Below, in pieces: positions 25,901 to 35,703 of a stretch of 64,000 bases of DNA (the first letter of the stretch is position 1; each line of letters opens with the position of its first letter). The position numbers and the translations under genes were made by a program. The notes below the pieces were generated by a model. The model was not told the DNA's origin. It saw only the letters and a list, made by a program, of their open reading frames with translations, and made no database searches. The DNA is from a virus: positions 1 to 64,000 of the IMG/VR virus record IMGVR_UViG_3300009081_000009. One strand, written 5' to 3'.

Positions 25901-26767
25901 ATATAATTCATCTGAACTAATGAAGTATGCCTTAAATACATCCTTTACTGACATATTAAATGGAGTTATATCATCAGCAGTAATCGACTCCATACCACCA
26001 TCAGCTAGTTTTTTTTCTATAAATTGTGGTGCCTTTACACGAGCACCGAAGAAATTATAAAATAAATTAACTCCGCTTGAGTTTTTGTCAATTCCATCTT
26101 CACCAATGTCAGCCATATATTCATTGGTTACTATTTCAACTCCATTATTCTCTACGGCTTCTCGCAATTGATTTATGCGTTTATAAAACAATTTTTTTGT
26201 TATATGTCCCTTATATCTGAAATCAGGTTTCCCTAGATCTAGATTCACCGGAATCCCATATGGAGTTGCACTATCAGGAAGTGATTCTATATTGTATTTA
26301 TTATTAGATACCAAACCAAGAGCTGCGAATACACCCTTTTCAACTATTGGATATGTATTATTAGCAAATCGGGTATATTTAGGTATTATATTAGCACCAA
26401 CCCCATTTAAATTGATATAATTAGGATTAGTTACAGTAAAATCAATTAAATCAGTTTCGGTAACAGCCTCACCAATTAATCTATATGCGGTTACTGGATT
26501 TCCTTCTCCATCTAAAACGGGATCTCCATTCTCATCCAATGGCATATATGAAAATCGTTGATTAATAGCGGATGGACAATATGTATACACAAAATTGATA
26601 TTATTATCAACTACTTCAGCTAGATTAACCTCAGATATTTCATTATTTTCGTCTTTTTCTAATGTTGTGGCATCGCCTTTTACATCAAGACCGCTTAAAT
26701 CAATCTTGATATCGTATTTTAGTTGTTTCTGTTTTAGAAAATTATAATAATTAAAGTCAATGTTCAC
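22928..26767 (-). CDS. Large virion protein with degenerate M15-like peptidase domain
   Basis: ETMRSTEDQDKL...SWHNYGLSVK resembles CwlK/M15 SxHxxGxAxD; GTG start; late promoter at 26792-26799. Confidence 0.55.
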   Translation of the reverse strand: MNIDFNYYNFLKQKQLKYDIKIDLSGLDVKGDATTLEKDENNEISEVNLAEVVDNNINFVYTYCPSAINQRFSYMPLDENGDPVLDGEGNPVTAYRLIGEAVTETDLIDFTVTNPNYINLNGVGANIIPKYTRFANNTYPIVEKGVFAALGLVSNNKYNIESLPDSATPYGIPVNLDLGKPDFRYKGHITKKLFYKRINQLREAVENNGVEIVTNEYMADIGEDGIDKNSSGVNLFYNFFGARVKAPQFIEKKLADGGMESITADDITPFNMSVKDVFKAYFISSDELYDSFIEELTALIKAINSSAIVNSFVDEEDINLTKQFVVDPSLAETLAYNPITLKSELVVTDTTAAVPFAKYVTTEDSEVPGGVKFVLDKNNNKKFEYEYVLPTETNINEIIDILPKLKKQVNRAASAVIGAAFVSAGFGAVAVALAYESISDAKDSLRELNVIIRNIRWYQHYTNESVFPDRQFIKNFDTDDSTIPPVEDENFIYDKQLCRLLVPVYMGTKRKKIRKKGLFGRKYTTYRKVDLGVRWVEVNFVDTNTYTKYRKNDEPLGIPNDMNISISALNGNGTYASATLSSTLPTSIMNKDPMPETVIVTISGCSNETFNGTFDAKIIDSTHITYTAPTNVTFSGNTSGGVLNKVLMPFDTTKPSDDPKNIKVNYAMPHLPYDSELRKQVFSDFGSFDQSSTANKNRNGDYTYDMAGNIVLNADIPGWEIFHESSKSINTLRSGIDIYNKVEFLLKILEAEFGKSRVHLIETMRSTEDQDKLQLGGDVSTFLSWHNYGLSVKIRITKDDNITAIEDGTPDMMRLLNIAEAYIDGVKNGYYGEPLNVIWCGQLVTGPDLFVWEFLPIGVNHKDALKFRDAAFTQQDPVITNAYVNVTEAGYLVTDGNDITAPYVKIGSKAANTGITINGDLWVDPKKITNYAIPSDLVLKDVKEFLLLIDGKMKSNGTSLMGRQLVSEWKSGNPKSFNQLVIFYSLIGNYSATRGLLAGDYIERFSNIVTKYYKTDPIKFVQLYLGDYYYNIQIKIDELPDGSYITLYDGKLTTPILEARSMHREGNGNTFGQKQLDFNHVQFGQYQDGIFIPEGDAAIVNIKSETSVIDGYADDGTPINKDALVLHSLISDQLYKEYTEIVELFNNLKIKFMYDTFYNSPNYEFIDYLENEFGVINTQDLLTFDQLRDMYARININNKKTDPDGTVRGAGANIEDMYTDGSGESVYEKLVSNSQLVGARRAKLTREKPIIEPLKNGLNVEKVIAQLKKSRMPSVRDIL

Positions 26768-26801
26768 AACGATAAATCCGTAGTTTACAGTAGTTTATAT
26801 T

Positions 26802-27314
26802 TCAGTCGTCAGTTGAAGTTGACCATTTTGCCTGTTTTATTGTTTCATTAAATTCAGCCGAGTTGTCGTATTCTTGAAGGATATCTTCATTCAGTGGTAG
26901 TGTGCTTTTGCTATAGGCTTCACATTTGCGCCAGCTTTGGATAAATGCATTTGTTGCTATTCGTCCGATATAATAGTAGGGATCTTTATTTTGAGAATCT
27001 TGAGATGATTTAACAGCATCATAATTATGTACATATCTCAATACGTGCTCGATGGCTTTTCCTCTCATTTCCTCTTTCCAATCTTCTGTATATCCTCTCC
27101 ATCGGAAACTACCTAATGTTTTATCTATTACTATTAATGACACTTCAGCTAACTCTCTAGGCATCGGATAAGTCGGGTCTACGCTTCTTTTAAATTTATA
27201 TGCCATAATCAAGTCAGATAAATAATCTTTATCAATTCGCCCACTTTTCATAGCACTTATTCGCTGAGCATATGTCATATCGATTGCACTTTCTTGTTTT
27301 TTTCTTCTAGCCAT
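26802..27314 (-). CDS. gp55: Late-transcription sigma factor (T4 gp55 family)
   Basis: RGYTEDWKEEM, YVHNYD, DPYYYI..IATNAFIQ match the gp55 pattern. Confidence 0.85.
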   Translation of the reverse strand: MARRKKQESAIDMTYAQRISAMKSGRIDKDYLSDLIMAYKFKRSVDPTYPMPRELAEVSLIVIDKTLGSFRWRGYTEDWKEEMRGKAIEHVLRYVHNYDAVKSSQDSQNKDPYYYIGRIATNAFIQSWRKCEAYSKSTLPLNEDILQEYDNSAEFNETIKQAKWSTSTDD

Positions 27315-27984
27315 TTTGTATTCCCATTTCGACTAATTCGACCGTAAACTTCTCAAGATACTCTTTTAGTGTTATCCCCGAAAAATCACTCATATATAAT
27401 ATGCAGTATTGACGATCTGATCCAAAACAATCTTCTAGTCTTCTATAACTATTAAAAATATATTTCAATTCTTGATCCAAATCCATATTATTTTTATTAT
27501 TTGTATAAAACTCTTTATATTTATTTAGAATCCATAATTTACCCGCCAAATGAAAAATTGATGTCCCTGACCCAAAGGTTCTATATATCATACTATCCTT
27601 AACATCAGGGGTATCGTTGATTATAACTCTATCAATAATTTCACCATATTCAGCATAAAATGTATCATATGCACAATCAGTGAATATCATTTGATGAATT
27701 AAATCAATCCATGCTATATTTATTGTATGTAAAACACTTAAAAATGAAATAGGTAGTTCATGTATGGTTACATCAAACTTTTTATATTCGGCTTCAATTA
27801 CATCAGAAAATAATGATGAGTTATTTCTGTGCATCTTAAATGCATCTATATAATCTAAAATTATTGGGTTATCTGTATTTATTGGATCGAATTCAACTGC
27901 ACGTTTATGTATCGCTAAATATTTATATCCAATATCATCATCATAGGAATATATGAAATCATTCACTTTCAACCTCCCATTCAA
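27307..27984 (-). CDS. Hypothetical protein
   Basis: 225-aa ORF overlapping neighbours in the operon. Confidence 0.5.
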   Translation of the reverse strand: MNGRLKVNDFIYSYDDDIGYKYLAIHKRAVEFDPINTDNPIILDYIDAFKMHRNNSSLFSDVIEAEYKKFDVTIHELPISFLSVLHTINIAWIDLIHQMIFTDCAYDTFYAEYGEIIDRVIINDTPDVKDSMIYRTFGSGTSIFHLAGKLWILNKYKEFYTNNKNNMDLDQELKYIFNSYRRLEDCFGSDRQYCILYMSDFSGITLKEYLEKFTVELVEMGIQNG

Positions 27985-28888
27985 ATACCGAAGGACTATA
28001 TAATGAATGTTTCATATCAAAAATAGATTCATACTGTGTTTGATATTTACAGTTTGATGCGGTTAGACAAGTAACCGAAAATGAATTAAAATCACATTTC
28101 AATAAATTGCATCGTATCATCAAACAATCCACTACGGTGGATCTTTTAAAATCAGATTCGGTAAAATTAATATTGGTAAATGAGCATTCAATTAAATCTG
28201 AATCTTTCCAATCACATCGATTAGCTAAACAATCACATAACGCAGTATATAGTATTTTTGATTGTATTATCGTGGAATCTGTCATAGTAGAAGCAATAAA
28301 TATACAGTCGGATATGGTAACATAATCATATGTACCTTTATCTAATATACATTCATAGAATTTACTGCGAGTTATAGTTGATGCAGTTAAATCACTTTTT
28401 ATAAATAAACAGTTATTAAATATACACGAACTTATTACTGAATATTCTATATTAGAATTATTGAAAATGCAGTTATAAAATGTACATCCACATAGATAGC
28501 TATGACTTAAATCAGATCCCGTAAAATCAGCACCAACTACGATTTTTCCGGTCAATGCAATGGATTCTGATATTTTTTCGCCATCACTCACTCTAATTCT
28601 AAACTTATCTAATGATGTGGGTTCGTATAGTAAAGAATAGTCACCTTGATTGAATAATTTACGGGCATCTTTATCAATTTCATCTTGTTCATGTGACAAT
28701 TTCTGAATAGATTGTTTTGATATATTTAGCTTAATCCGATCTCCCACGGATCTTAATTCACCTGAGTGAGTTAGTTGCTTTAGTTCGTCAGTGGTTATAC
28801 CAAATTTAGAAGCAACTGACTCATTCCACACATCAGCCTTTAAATTTACAAGATCATTAAAATAATTAGTTGGCATATCTTTATTCAA
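27959..28888 (-). CDS. Pentapeptide-repeat protein
   Basis: Five-residue periodicity ADFTG SDLSH SYLCG CTFYN CIFNN SNIEY... Confidence 0.85.
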   Translation of the reverse strand: MNKDMPTNYFNDLVNLKADVWNESVASKFGITTDELKQLTHSGELRSVGDRIKLNISKQSIQKLSHEQDEIDKDARKLFNQGDYSLLYEPTSLDKFRIRVSDGEKISESIALTGKIVVGADFTGSDLSHSYLCGCTFYNCIFNNSNIEYSVISSCIFNNCLFIKSDLTASTITRSKFYECILDKGTYDYVTISDCIFIASTMTDSTIIQSKILYTALCDCLANRCDWKDSDLIECSFTNINFTESDFKRSTVVDCLMIRCNLLKCDFNSFSVTCLTASNCKYQTQYESIFDMKHSLYSPSVFEWEVESE

Positions 28889-28929
28889 TCTATTTATAAA
28901 TAAAGATAGTTTTTATACCAACCAAAAAT

Positions 28930-31167
28930 TTAATATTTTGTTTTACTAGAAATCAAATCCTGTGCTTTTATTGATGAATATCTACCATCATGCTCAACCT
29001 CAAGCCTATGGTCGAAACATTCAGTTAAATCAGTTCCTCTATGAGTAATCAGATAGATTCCACCTATTTCAATAACTTTGTTTTTTAACAACATTATCAT
29101 ATCTCTAAGAGCTTCTCCGTCAGTTGATACATCAAGAACCTCATCTAGGAATAGAACATTAATCCTGAAATCACCAATGCTAGTAACGAAATCACGGAAT
29201 GCCATAGCAATTGCAAAATTTATCTTTCGTTTCTGACCTTCTGATAATCCGTTATATACTTCCGACAATCCATATCGACTAGAGAATTTATAATTCATAG
29301 AATCATCAAACTCTATTATGAATGGAAGATCGAACGCCTTTAGATTATCCATAATGGCTCGATTCAAATTAGGAACAAATATACCCAAAACAATTTTTTT
29401 CATCCCATTGTCAGAACATAGTTTATCGATATATTTAGTTATTTCTATTTCATCGGAATATTTAATTACACGAGTTTTTGCTGTATTAAGATCACTTATA
29501 ACACCATCTCGTTTTTTTACAGTAGATGTTAACGCATCATCCAAATCTATGTTTTGTTTCTCATCTATCTTAGCTTGCTTCCGTTCAATTTGAGAATTGA
29601 TTGAATTAATAGAAGTTTCAATACCATTCTTTCTTTCTACTTGAGTAGATGCCTCCGAGCGAAGATCAGACATCTTCTTTTCAATTGATGCTTTTAATAC
29701 CTTTTTATTCTGCAAATCAGATATAATTACATTCAATTTAGTTATATCGCTTTCACCAACAGATTCTATCTGAGATTGTTTTGTCTTTATATTCTTTTCG
29801 ACATTATTTAAAAAGTTTTTTGCTGAATTATATTCAGAGTTTTCATACTTATTACAATCTCTAAGATATCCTTCATATTCAGATGCCTTAGTTGATAATT
29901 GGGATTGCTCAGCCTCTAATTCATTAATTACTTTTTGTAATGATTCAATCTCTTTATTTAATTTATTAGTTTCAGCTAATTTTTCTCTGAATTCCTTTCT
30001 ATATGATGCCTTTATATTTTCCACATCATCATCAGTTGAAGGTTTACCACATGCATGACATGCAATACCCGATACTACTGATTTGGCTTTCGTTGTTATA
30101 TCAGCCATTGCCTTATCTAATATTTTTACCTCTGTTTGGAATCCAGATAACTTCCGACCATTCTGTAAAAGTTCTGATGTTATAGACTGTAATCTAGATT
30201 TAATGGTAATTCCATCAATCGATGCAACTAATGCCTTTAATTCATTGAATTTAGTTTCTGCTAATTCAAATGTTTTTTTGCATTTAATCAGTTCTAATTT
30301 ATCCGATTCAAGGGATGGTATTAAAGCAACTACTGTTGTATATTTTGATAACTCAGCATCTACATCACCAATCTCAACTAATTTATTTTTTTCGGTTTTT
30401 CCCAATGATACTATACGGTTATACTCAGTAACCACTATATTTAGTTCACTCTTTTTAGATGTCACATCGTTAATAAGTTGAGCAACTTCAGCTTTTAGGT
30501 CTTCGATGTCATTATTTTTTTCTTGTTGCATTTTTTCTATAATAGAATCGAATTCAACCAAATCTCTATTATATTTAATACAGTCACTACTCGCAGATTC
30601 GAATTTAGTGGTTGCTTCCTTGAATGCGGTTTTATTTAAGTCTTTCCATTTATCAATGCATAAAGTCAATACAGATTCAAGCAATGATCTCTTATCTTTT
30701 GGTTCCATATCTATAAATGGAACTGTCTGAATTGTATTTAATGATATAACATTTTCCCATAATGTTTTATTAAATCCAAGAATTTCTTCTTCTAATTTTT
30801 TCTGTGATGTTCCTGCGCCTTTTTTCTCAGCTACATTATTTTTTGTAATACTGGTAGTTGTAGATCCAGATTTTTCCATATGTCTAGATATAACATATGA
30901 ATCAGTTGTTAGGCTATCAATTCGATCAAATTCTACCTCAACAAACATTTTAGATTTGTTTGCTGTGTTTTTTAATTGTGGTTTTGTAATATCTCTATAA
31001 GGAGAATTAAAAAATACAAACGTCAATGCTTCCATTATCGTGCTTTTACCAGCACCATTAGGCCCACTAATCCATGTCAAACCATCAGTAAATGTCACTT
31101 CATTTACATTATTTCCATATGATAATATATTAGAAAATCTTAATCGCTTTACTACAATTCTATGCAT
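28930..31167 (-). CDS. gp46: Recombination endonuclease ATPase subunit (gp46/Rad50/SbcC)
   Basis: GPNGAGKST Walker A, CHACG zinc hook, LSEGQK signature, LFLDE, ITH. Confidence 0.95.
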   Translation of the reverse strand: MHRIVVKRLRFSNILSYGNNVNEVTFTDGLTWISGPNGAGKSTIMEALTFVFFNSPYRDITKPQLKNTANKSKMFVEVEFDRIDSLTTDSYVISRHMEKSGSTTTSITKNNVAEKKGAGTSQKKLEEEILGFNKTLWENVISLNTIQTVPFIDMEPKDKRSLLESVLTLCIDKWKDLNKTAFKEATTKFESASSDCIKYNRDLVEFDSIIEKMQQEKNNDIEDLKAEVAQLINDVTSKKSELNIVVTEYNRIVSLGKTEKNKLVEIGDVDAELSKYTTVVALIPSLESDKLELIKCKKTFELAETKFNELKALVASIDGITIKSRLQSITSELLQNGRKLSGFQTEVKILDKAMADITTKAKSVVSGIACHACGKPSTDDDVENIKASYRKEFREKLAETNKLNKEIESLQKVINELEAEQSQLSTKASEYEGYLRDCNKYENSEYNSAKNFLNNVEKNIKTKQSQIESVGESDITKLNVIISDLQNKKVLKASIEKKMSDLRSEASTQVERKNGIETSINSINSQIERKQAKIDEKQNIDLDDALTSTVKKRDGVISDLNTAKTRVIKYSDEIEITKYIDKLCSDNGMKKIVLGIFVPNLNRAIMDNLKAFDLPFIIEFDDSMNYKFSSRYGLSEVYNGLSEGQKRKINFAIAMAFRDFVTSIGDFRINVLFLDEVLDVSTDGEALRDMIMLLKNKVIEIGGIYLITHRGTDLTECFDHRLEVEHDGRYSSIKAQDLISSKTKY

Positions 31168-32516
31168 TAGAATACCTCATCTTCTGAATTATCATCTATT
31201 GGTGGAGCCGTTACAGAAAGAGGATCATCAAATACATTACCTAAATCAGCAAAGGTTCTTTTTGGAGTAATAGCAGCCTTATATTCAGCTTCATCATCAA
31301 GCATCACATTTTTTGGATTGAATATATCTGGATTATCTGATACATACTCACTATCAAGCAATGAATAAAAACCCAGATTCTTCATCTGCATTGCTTTCTC
31401 GATTAATTTATCAGTAACACCAATCCTATACAATTCATCAGATCCACATAGTTCGGTGGTAGCTGCATCAATTGCTTCACATGATGTTCTCTGAATATGA
31501 GTTGGGATATACTTCATACTAATCAATAATTGATTTCGTCTATATTGATTATCCCAACCTTCAGCCTTTGCTTTCGAGTAAACATCTGTACTAGATTCAA
31601 ATAATGTTCTAGCTGTATCTTTACCTAATTTATTTTTCTTATTAGGTAAAGCTATGCCATTAATATTATCGCTACTATCACCTTGTAAAATTTTTAATTC
31701 TAGATATTCATCAGGACTGATACATTCACATAAATTATCTTCTTCATGATTGTATATCTTTAAATTTGGTTGACTTAGTAACTGATTAAAGTCGGTATCT
31801 CGTGTGACCACAATTATAGAATCATATTTATCTTTAAGATATTGAGTTGCTACATAAATAACATCATCACCTTCAGCACCTTCAACTCGAACACATTTAG
31901 CTCTATATAAAGCACTTATATCTTTAGCGAATGCCTCTTTCATCTCTTTCCATTCAGACTTATTAGTCATGAATTTCCAATCACCTGCTCTAGTTCCTTT
32001 ATACTTAGGAAGTAAAGGAGTAGTTCCATTTGGGAGATATAAATCCCAAAATATAGATTTAATTCTATCAGGAAATTCTTTAAGTTTCTTATGTTTATTC
32101 TGCATTACAGAAGCATTCTTAATAAAATCGAGCTTCTGAATTTTATATTCATCATTTTCTTTATATACACGGAATAATACATTATCATATCTGAGATAAT
32201 ATGAAGTAGAATCATAATATACCTCAGTATATTCTTCATAATACTCTTTAACTACATCAAATCGCCATACATTCTTCCCTTCCAAAGCACATATAATATC
32301 CTTTGGATTGAAAAGTTTTATATATTTTAACATTTTATTCACCATATGATTCTTCCATACACGCATTTCATCTTCTGGTGTTTCAATAGTAAGAACCGTA
32401 CTTCGTTTTGCCGAAGTCATGGCAAACATCTGATGATACGATAAACTCGCCCAATCGATTATTAATAATCGATTCTGGGAGTATGGATATGATTTTAATG
32501 GATTATATGTACGCAT
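31167..32516 (-). CDS. rnh: RNase H / 5'-3' exonuclease (T4 rnh family)
   Basis: LLIID, KYKGTR, EGDD, TRDTDFNQL, GDSSDNI motifs. Confidence 0.9.
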   Translation of the reverse strand: MRTYNPLKSYPYSQNRLLIIDWASLSYHQMFAMTSAKRSTVLTIETPEDEMRVWKNHMVNKMLKYIKLFNPKDIICALEGKNVWRFDVVKEYYEEYTEVYYDSTSYYLRYDNVLFRVYKENDEYKIQKLDFIKNASVMQNKHKKLKEFPDRIKSIFWDLYLPNGTTPLLPKYKGTRAGDWKFMTNKSEWKEMKEAFAKDISALYRAKCVRVEGAEGDDVIYVATQYLKDKYDSIIVVTRDTDFNQLLSQPNLKIYNHEEDNLCECISPDEYLELKILQGDSSDNINGIALPNKKNKLGKDTARTLFESSTDVYSKAKAEGWDNQYRRNQLLISMKYIPTHIQRTSCEAIDAATTELCGSDELYRIGVTDKLIEKAMQMKNLGFYSLLDSEYVSDNPDIFNPKNVMLDDEAEYKAAITPKRTFADLGNVFDDPLSVTAPPIDDNSEDEVF

Positions 32517-32560
32517 GCTACAAATATAGCAAAATTATTATAGATATAACAACTATTTCA

Positions 32561-32839
32561 TTAAGGTGTTAGCTTTTGAATATATTGTCGTTTTTCAATT
32601 AACTCAGCCACCGAATAATTTAATTCTGTCATATAAACAATTAATAATTCTAATGTCTCTGCTTCAATATCTGTTAATTCAGGGATATCAGAAGCATCGA
32701 TTCCATCCCATACCGATAGAAGTGCATCACGTTGAATTAAACTATCAGTATAATCAACTGAGTTCAATATTGATTCATCTAAATCAATTATACTTAATAG
32801 TAATTCCGTTAAATAATCTAATGTGTCAATTCTAGTCAT
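32561..32839 (-). CDS. Hypothetical acidic protein
   Basis: 92 aa, ATGA-coupled to the RuvC-like gene. Confidence 0.5.
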   Translation of the reverse strand: MTRIDTLDYLTELLLSIIDLDESILNSVDYTDSLIQRDALLSVWDGIDASDIPELTDIEAETLELLIVYMTELNYSVAELIEKRQYIQKLTP

Positions 32840-33507
32840 GATTTTTTTATTACTTTAGTTTCAACTATTGATTGCATTTTCTTACTTGATTTGTATTCTA
32901 ATAAAGCAGCAGTCCCTTCTTCTAATCCACTACTCCCAATGACTTCATATATAATATGGTTTCGTAGCGTTTCAGCAATCCAGAATGCATCACATAAATC
33001 AGAATGAGGACTATCATTTTGTGGTAATAGATTAAATTCTTCTGGATATAAATTTGGATATTCTTCTAACAACACAGCAGACATCATAGTTTTATCAGCG
33101 GTTCCATTACCAGTAGCAAAACGTTTAACAACCGTTGGAGGATATATCATTATACCCAATCCAATATCATAAAACATCTTTTTCATTCCACCGATAAATT
33201 CACCTAGCTGAAAAATAGAACTAGTTTTGGTTGCACCAAATGCATAACCTTCAAATGCAATATGTTTAACGTCATCCATGTCATTCATTAGAATTTTATA
33301 TGCCTTATCTTGTCTATCGAACATATTCAATTTAGCATAATTTGTTCCAACGTGAGAAATATGTACATTGTTTTTTTCAATGCATCTAGACTTAACTGTA
33401 CTATAACCATAAAATTCAATATTTAAAATCGAAAATGTATTTGGATCTAAATCCATAATACATTTTCCAGTAGAATTCATGGATGGATCAATACCACAAA
33501 TCTTCAT
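32836..33507 (-). CDS. RuvC-like Holliday junction resolvase
   Basis: GIDPSMNSTG, FEGYAF, VKRFATGNGTADK, DLCDAF. Confidence 0.85.
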   Translation of the reverse strand: MKICGIDPSMNSTGKCIMDLDPNTFSILNIEFYGYSTVKSRCIEKNNVHISHVGTNYAKLNMFDRQDKAYKILMNDMDDVKHIAFEGYAFGATKTSSIFQLGEFIGGMKKMFYDIGLGIMIYPPTVVKRFATGNGTADKTMMSAVLLEEYPNLYPEEFNLLPQNDSPHSDLCDAFWIAETLRNHIIYEVIGSSGLEEGTAALLEYKSSKKMQSIVETKVIKKS

Positions 33508-33671
33508 TATTCAGCTCGTTTTGCGATGGTAACTATCTTATATTCTTTACCAGCATATTTTCGCATACTATCAGCTACTTTCTTTAAATATTCATCAGCT
33601 TTCGGATTCGGCATACGTCCAACATCAATTTCAATGACATTTATGCACTCTTTATGTAAATATGATACCAT
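33507..33671 (-). CDS. 54-aa microprotein resembling a conserved portal (gp20) segment; not in the ORF track
   Basis: MVSYLHKECINVIEIDVGRMPNPKADEYLKKVADSMRKYAGKEYKIVTIAKRAE; AGAGG SD; TAATG coupling to the RuvC-like gene. Confidence 0.75.
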   Translation of the reverse strand: MVSYLHKECINVIEIDVGRMPNPKADEYLKKVADSMRKYAGKEYKIVTIAKRAE

Positions 33672-33747
33672 ATTATAACCTCTTGTTGGTATATATCAAA
33701 TATAATTTATTAAATTATTATAAACTATATAAAAAATGAGGTTAATT

Positions 33748-33900
33748 ATGGAAGTTAATAAAAACATAATACCACCAGCGATAAATCCAGTAGCTCAAAT
33801 TAAAGTCCACACTAATAAAATATTAATGGATAGAACTATTATCGCTAATAGACCAATGACAGAAGAACAAAAATTAAACGTAAAACCATTATTCAGTTAA
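33748..33900 (+). CDS. 50-aa late microprotein; not in the ORF track
   Basis: MEVNKNIIPPAINPVAQ...KPLFS; GAGG SD; TATAAACT at 33719-33726. Confidence 0.6.
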   Translation: MEVNKNIIPPAINPVAQIKVHTNKILMDRTIIANRPMTEEQKLNVKPLFS

Positions 33901-35669
33901 ATAAATTGTGATTTTGCTTTTGTTGTTGTAGGTGTTGGTACTTTAGGTTTCTTCTTAGTGGCTGCTTTCTTAGCAGCCTCTTTTTTAGATTTTACGGCAT
34001 CAGGATATACCGTAGCTTCAAAAATACCCTCAAGATTATACTCAATAACCGGAATATCATCCATATTATAATATGATTTGCGTGTCTTGTAATGTTGCAT
34101 TGAGTAATTTTCTTTCAATCTAGGTGTACCACCTTCATATCTAGGTTTTGTATAATAACTACAATCATCACACACATCAAATACACGAGCCAGTTTTTTA
34201 TCTTTATGTTTACGAACAATACGACCAATAGACTGAACTACCTCATACATTGATTTAGAGAACTCAGCAAATACCAAGTTATGTAATAATTTAATATTCA
34301 CACCCTGTTTCATGGTTCCGTAGGTAGCTATAATCATATTACCAGTACTGAATTCCATTTCCTTTCGTATGCGTTCTCTCTCGTCTGTGTCAATCTCACC
34401 TTTAATTATATAATATTTGAATTGTGGATATGTTTCTTTTAAATATGCATACATATCATCTAATGTAGCCTTAGACTTATATAATAAAACTGTATTTTCG
34501 GCAGTGGTTATCTTTCCAGACGTTATCAATAAATCCATTACACGTTTTCGACTACCATTATTGGTAATAAGTGAATACTCTTCTTGATAATTTTTTCTAT
34601 TTACTAATGCTCGTATTGAATCTAAGTAGGGAACTATTAATGTATGAACTTCAACTGGAGTTAATATTCCTTTCAATACTAATTCTTTAAGTCTTACTAT
34701 ATTCTCTTTTCTACCAAGAGCACCTTCTATCCACGCAGCATCTAAACCTTCGTCAGGTAATGTACCTGATAATCCTATCTTGAAATCGCTTGCGTTTGGA
34801 CATTTATCTAATATATCTCTAAGAATAGCACCACGAGTACCATGAGCCTCATCGACAATAACCGCAGTAAACACTTTAAAAAATGAGTCTGGTTTGTTTT
34901 GTAAACTCTGCCATGTGGATATTGTTATAGGACGAAGCATAACCTCTTCGCCTAAATTCAATGATTTTAAATTATCTTTCTGTTTGTTAGTTAATTTATC
35001 ACGCGAATCACCATGTATTAACGTACAATTATATTCGGCTCCATCCCATCCGTAATCTTCATAGAAATCACTATATAACTGTTCCACTAGGTTAGTTGAT
35101 GGAACCACAATCAATATTTTTTTCTTCTCAACTTCCATTAAATATCTAGATATTATGCACATGGATAACGACTTACCAGAAGATGTACATGCCAATAATG
35201 ATGACCGTCTTCCATTCAATGCTCGATCTACTAATTTAATTTGATGTTCATATGGTACTATGATAGTTCCATCACGTCTATTATGTAAATTAAGACCTTC
35301 TGCATATGCACTGATGGTCTCACGCGATATTACTCCGTTTGGTGATGTATATATACGCTTAACTTTGTCAGTTACTTTAATTCGTAATGATGGCTTTCTA
35401 TCCTTTAAATAATTAGTTGCTCTAGGTATTAAACCAATTGGTATTGTTTGTGTGTTTTTATTGTAAATATATACAACACCATCAGTAAATCCCTCTTCAT
35501 ATTCCCACGTATACATGGTTTTTGTATTAAAATATGAAAGACCAGCATACAATAAACTATTGATACTTATAATATCTTCTTTAGTAGGTGCTGATATGTT
35601 AATTATAGCATGAGTAGCATTTAATATATCAAACTCAACACAGTATTCGGAACCGATTGTATTATGCAT
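33897..35669 (-). CDS. uvsW: UvsW-type SF2 DNA helicase
   Basis: PYEHQ, TSSGKS, DEAH, GLSGT, GVNIKLLHN, VQSIGR. Confidence 0.93.
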   Translation of the reverse strand: MHNTIGSEYCVEFDILNATHAIINISAPTKEDIISINSLLYAGLSYFNTKTMYTWEYEEGFTDGVVYIYNKNTQTIPIGLIPRATNYLKDRKPSLRIKVTDKVKRIYTSPNGVISRETISAYAEGLNLHNRRDGTIIVPYEHQIKLVDRALNGRRSSLLACTSSGKSLSMCIISRYLMEVEKKKILIVVPSTNLVEQLYSDFYEDYGWDGAEYNCTLIHGDSRDKLTNKQKDNLKSLNLGEEVMLRPITISTWQSLQNKPDSFFKVFTAVIVDEAHGTRGAILRDILDKCPNASDFKIGLSGTLPDEGLDAAWIEGALGRKENIVRLKELVLKGILTPVEVHTLIVPYLDSIRALVNRKNYQEEYSLITNNGSRKRVMDLLITSGKITTAENTVLLYKSKATLDDMYAYLKETYPQFKYYIIKGEIDTDERERIRKEMEFSTGNMIIATYGTMKQGVNIKLLHNLVFAEFSKSMYEVVQSIGRIVRKHKDKKLARVFDVCDDCSYYTKPRYEGGTPRLKENYSMQHYKTRKSYYNMDDIPVIEYNLEGIFEATVYPDAVKSKKEAAKKAATKKKPKVPTPTTTKAKSQFI

Positions 35670-35703
35670 TAAATTATGAAACTGACTTTAGTATAAAATT
35701 ATA

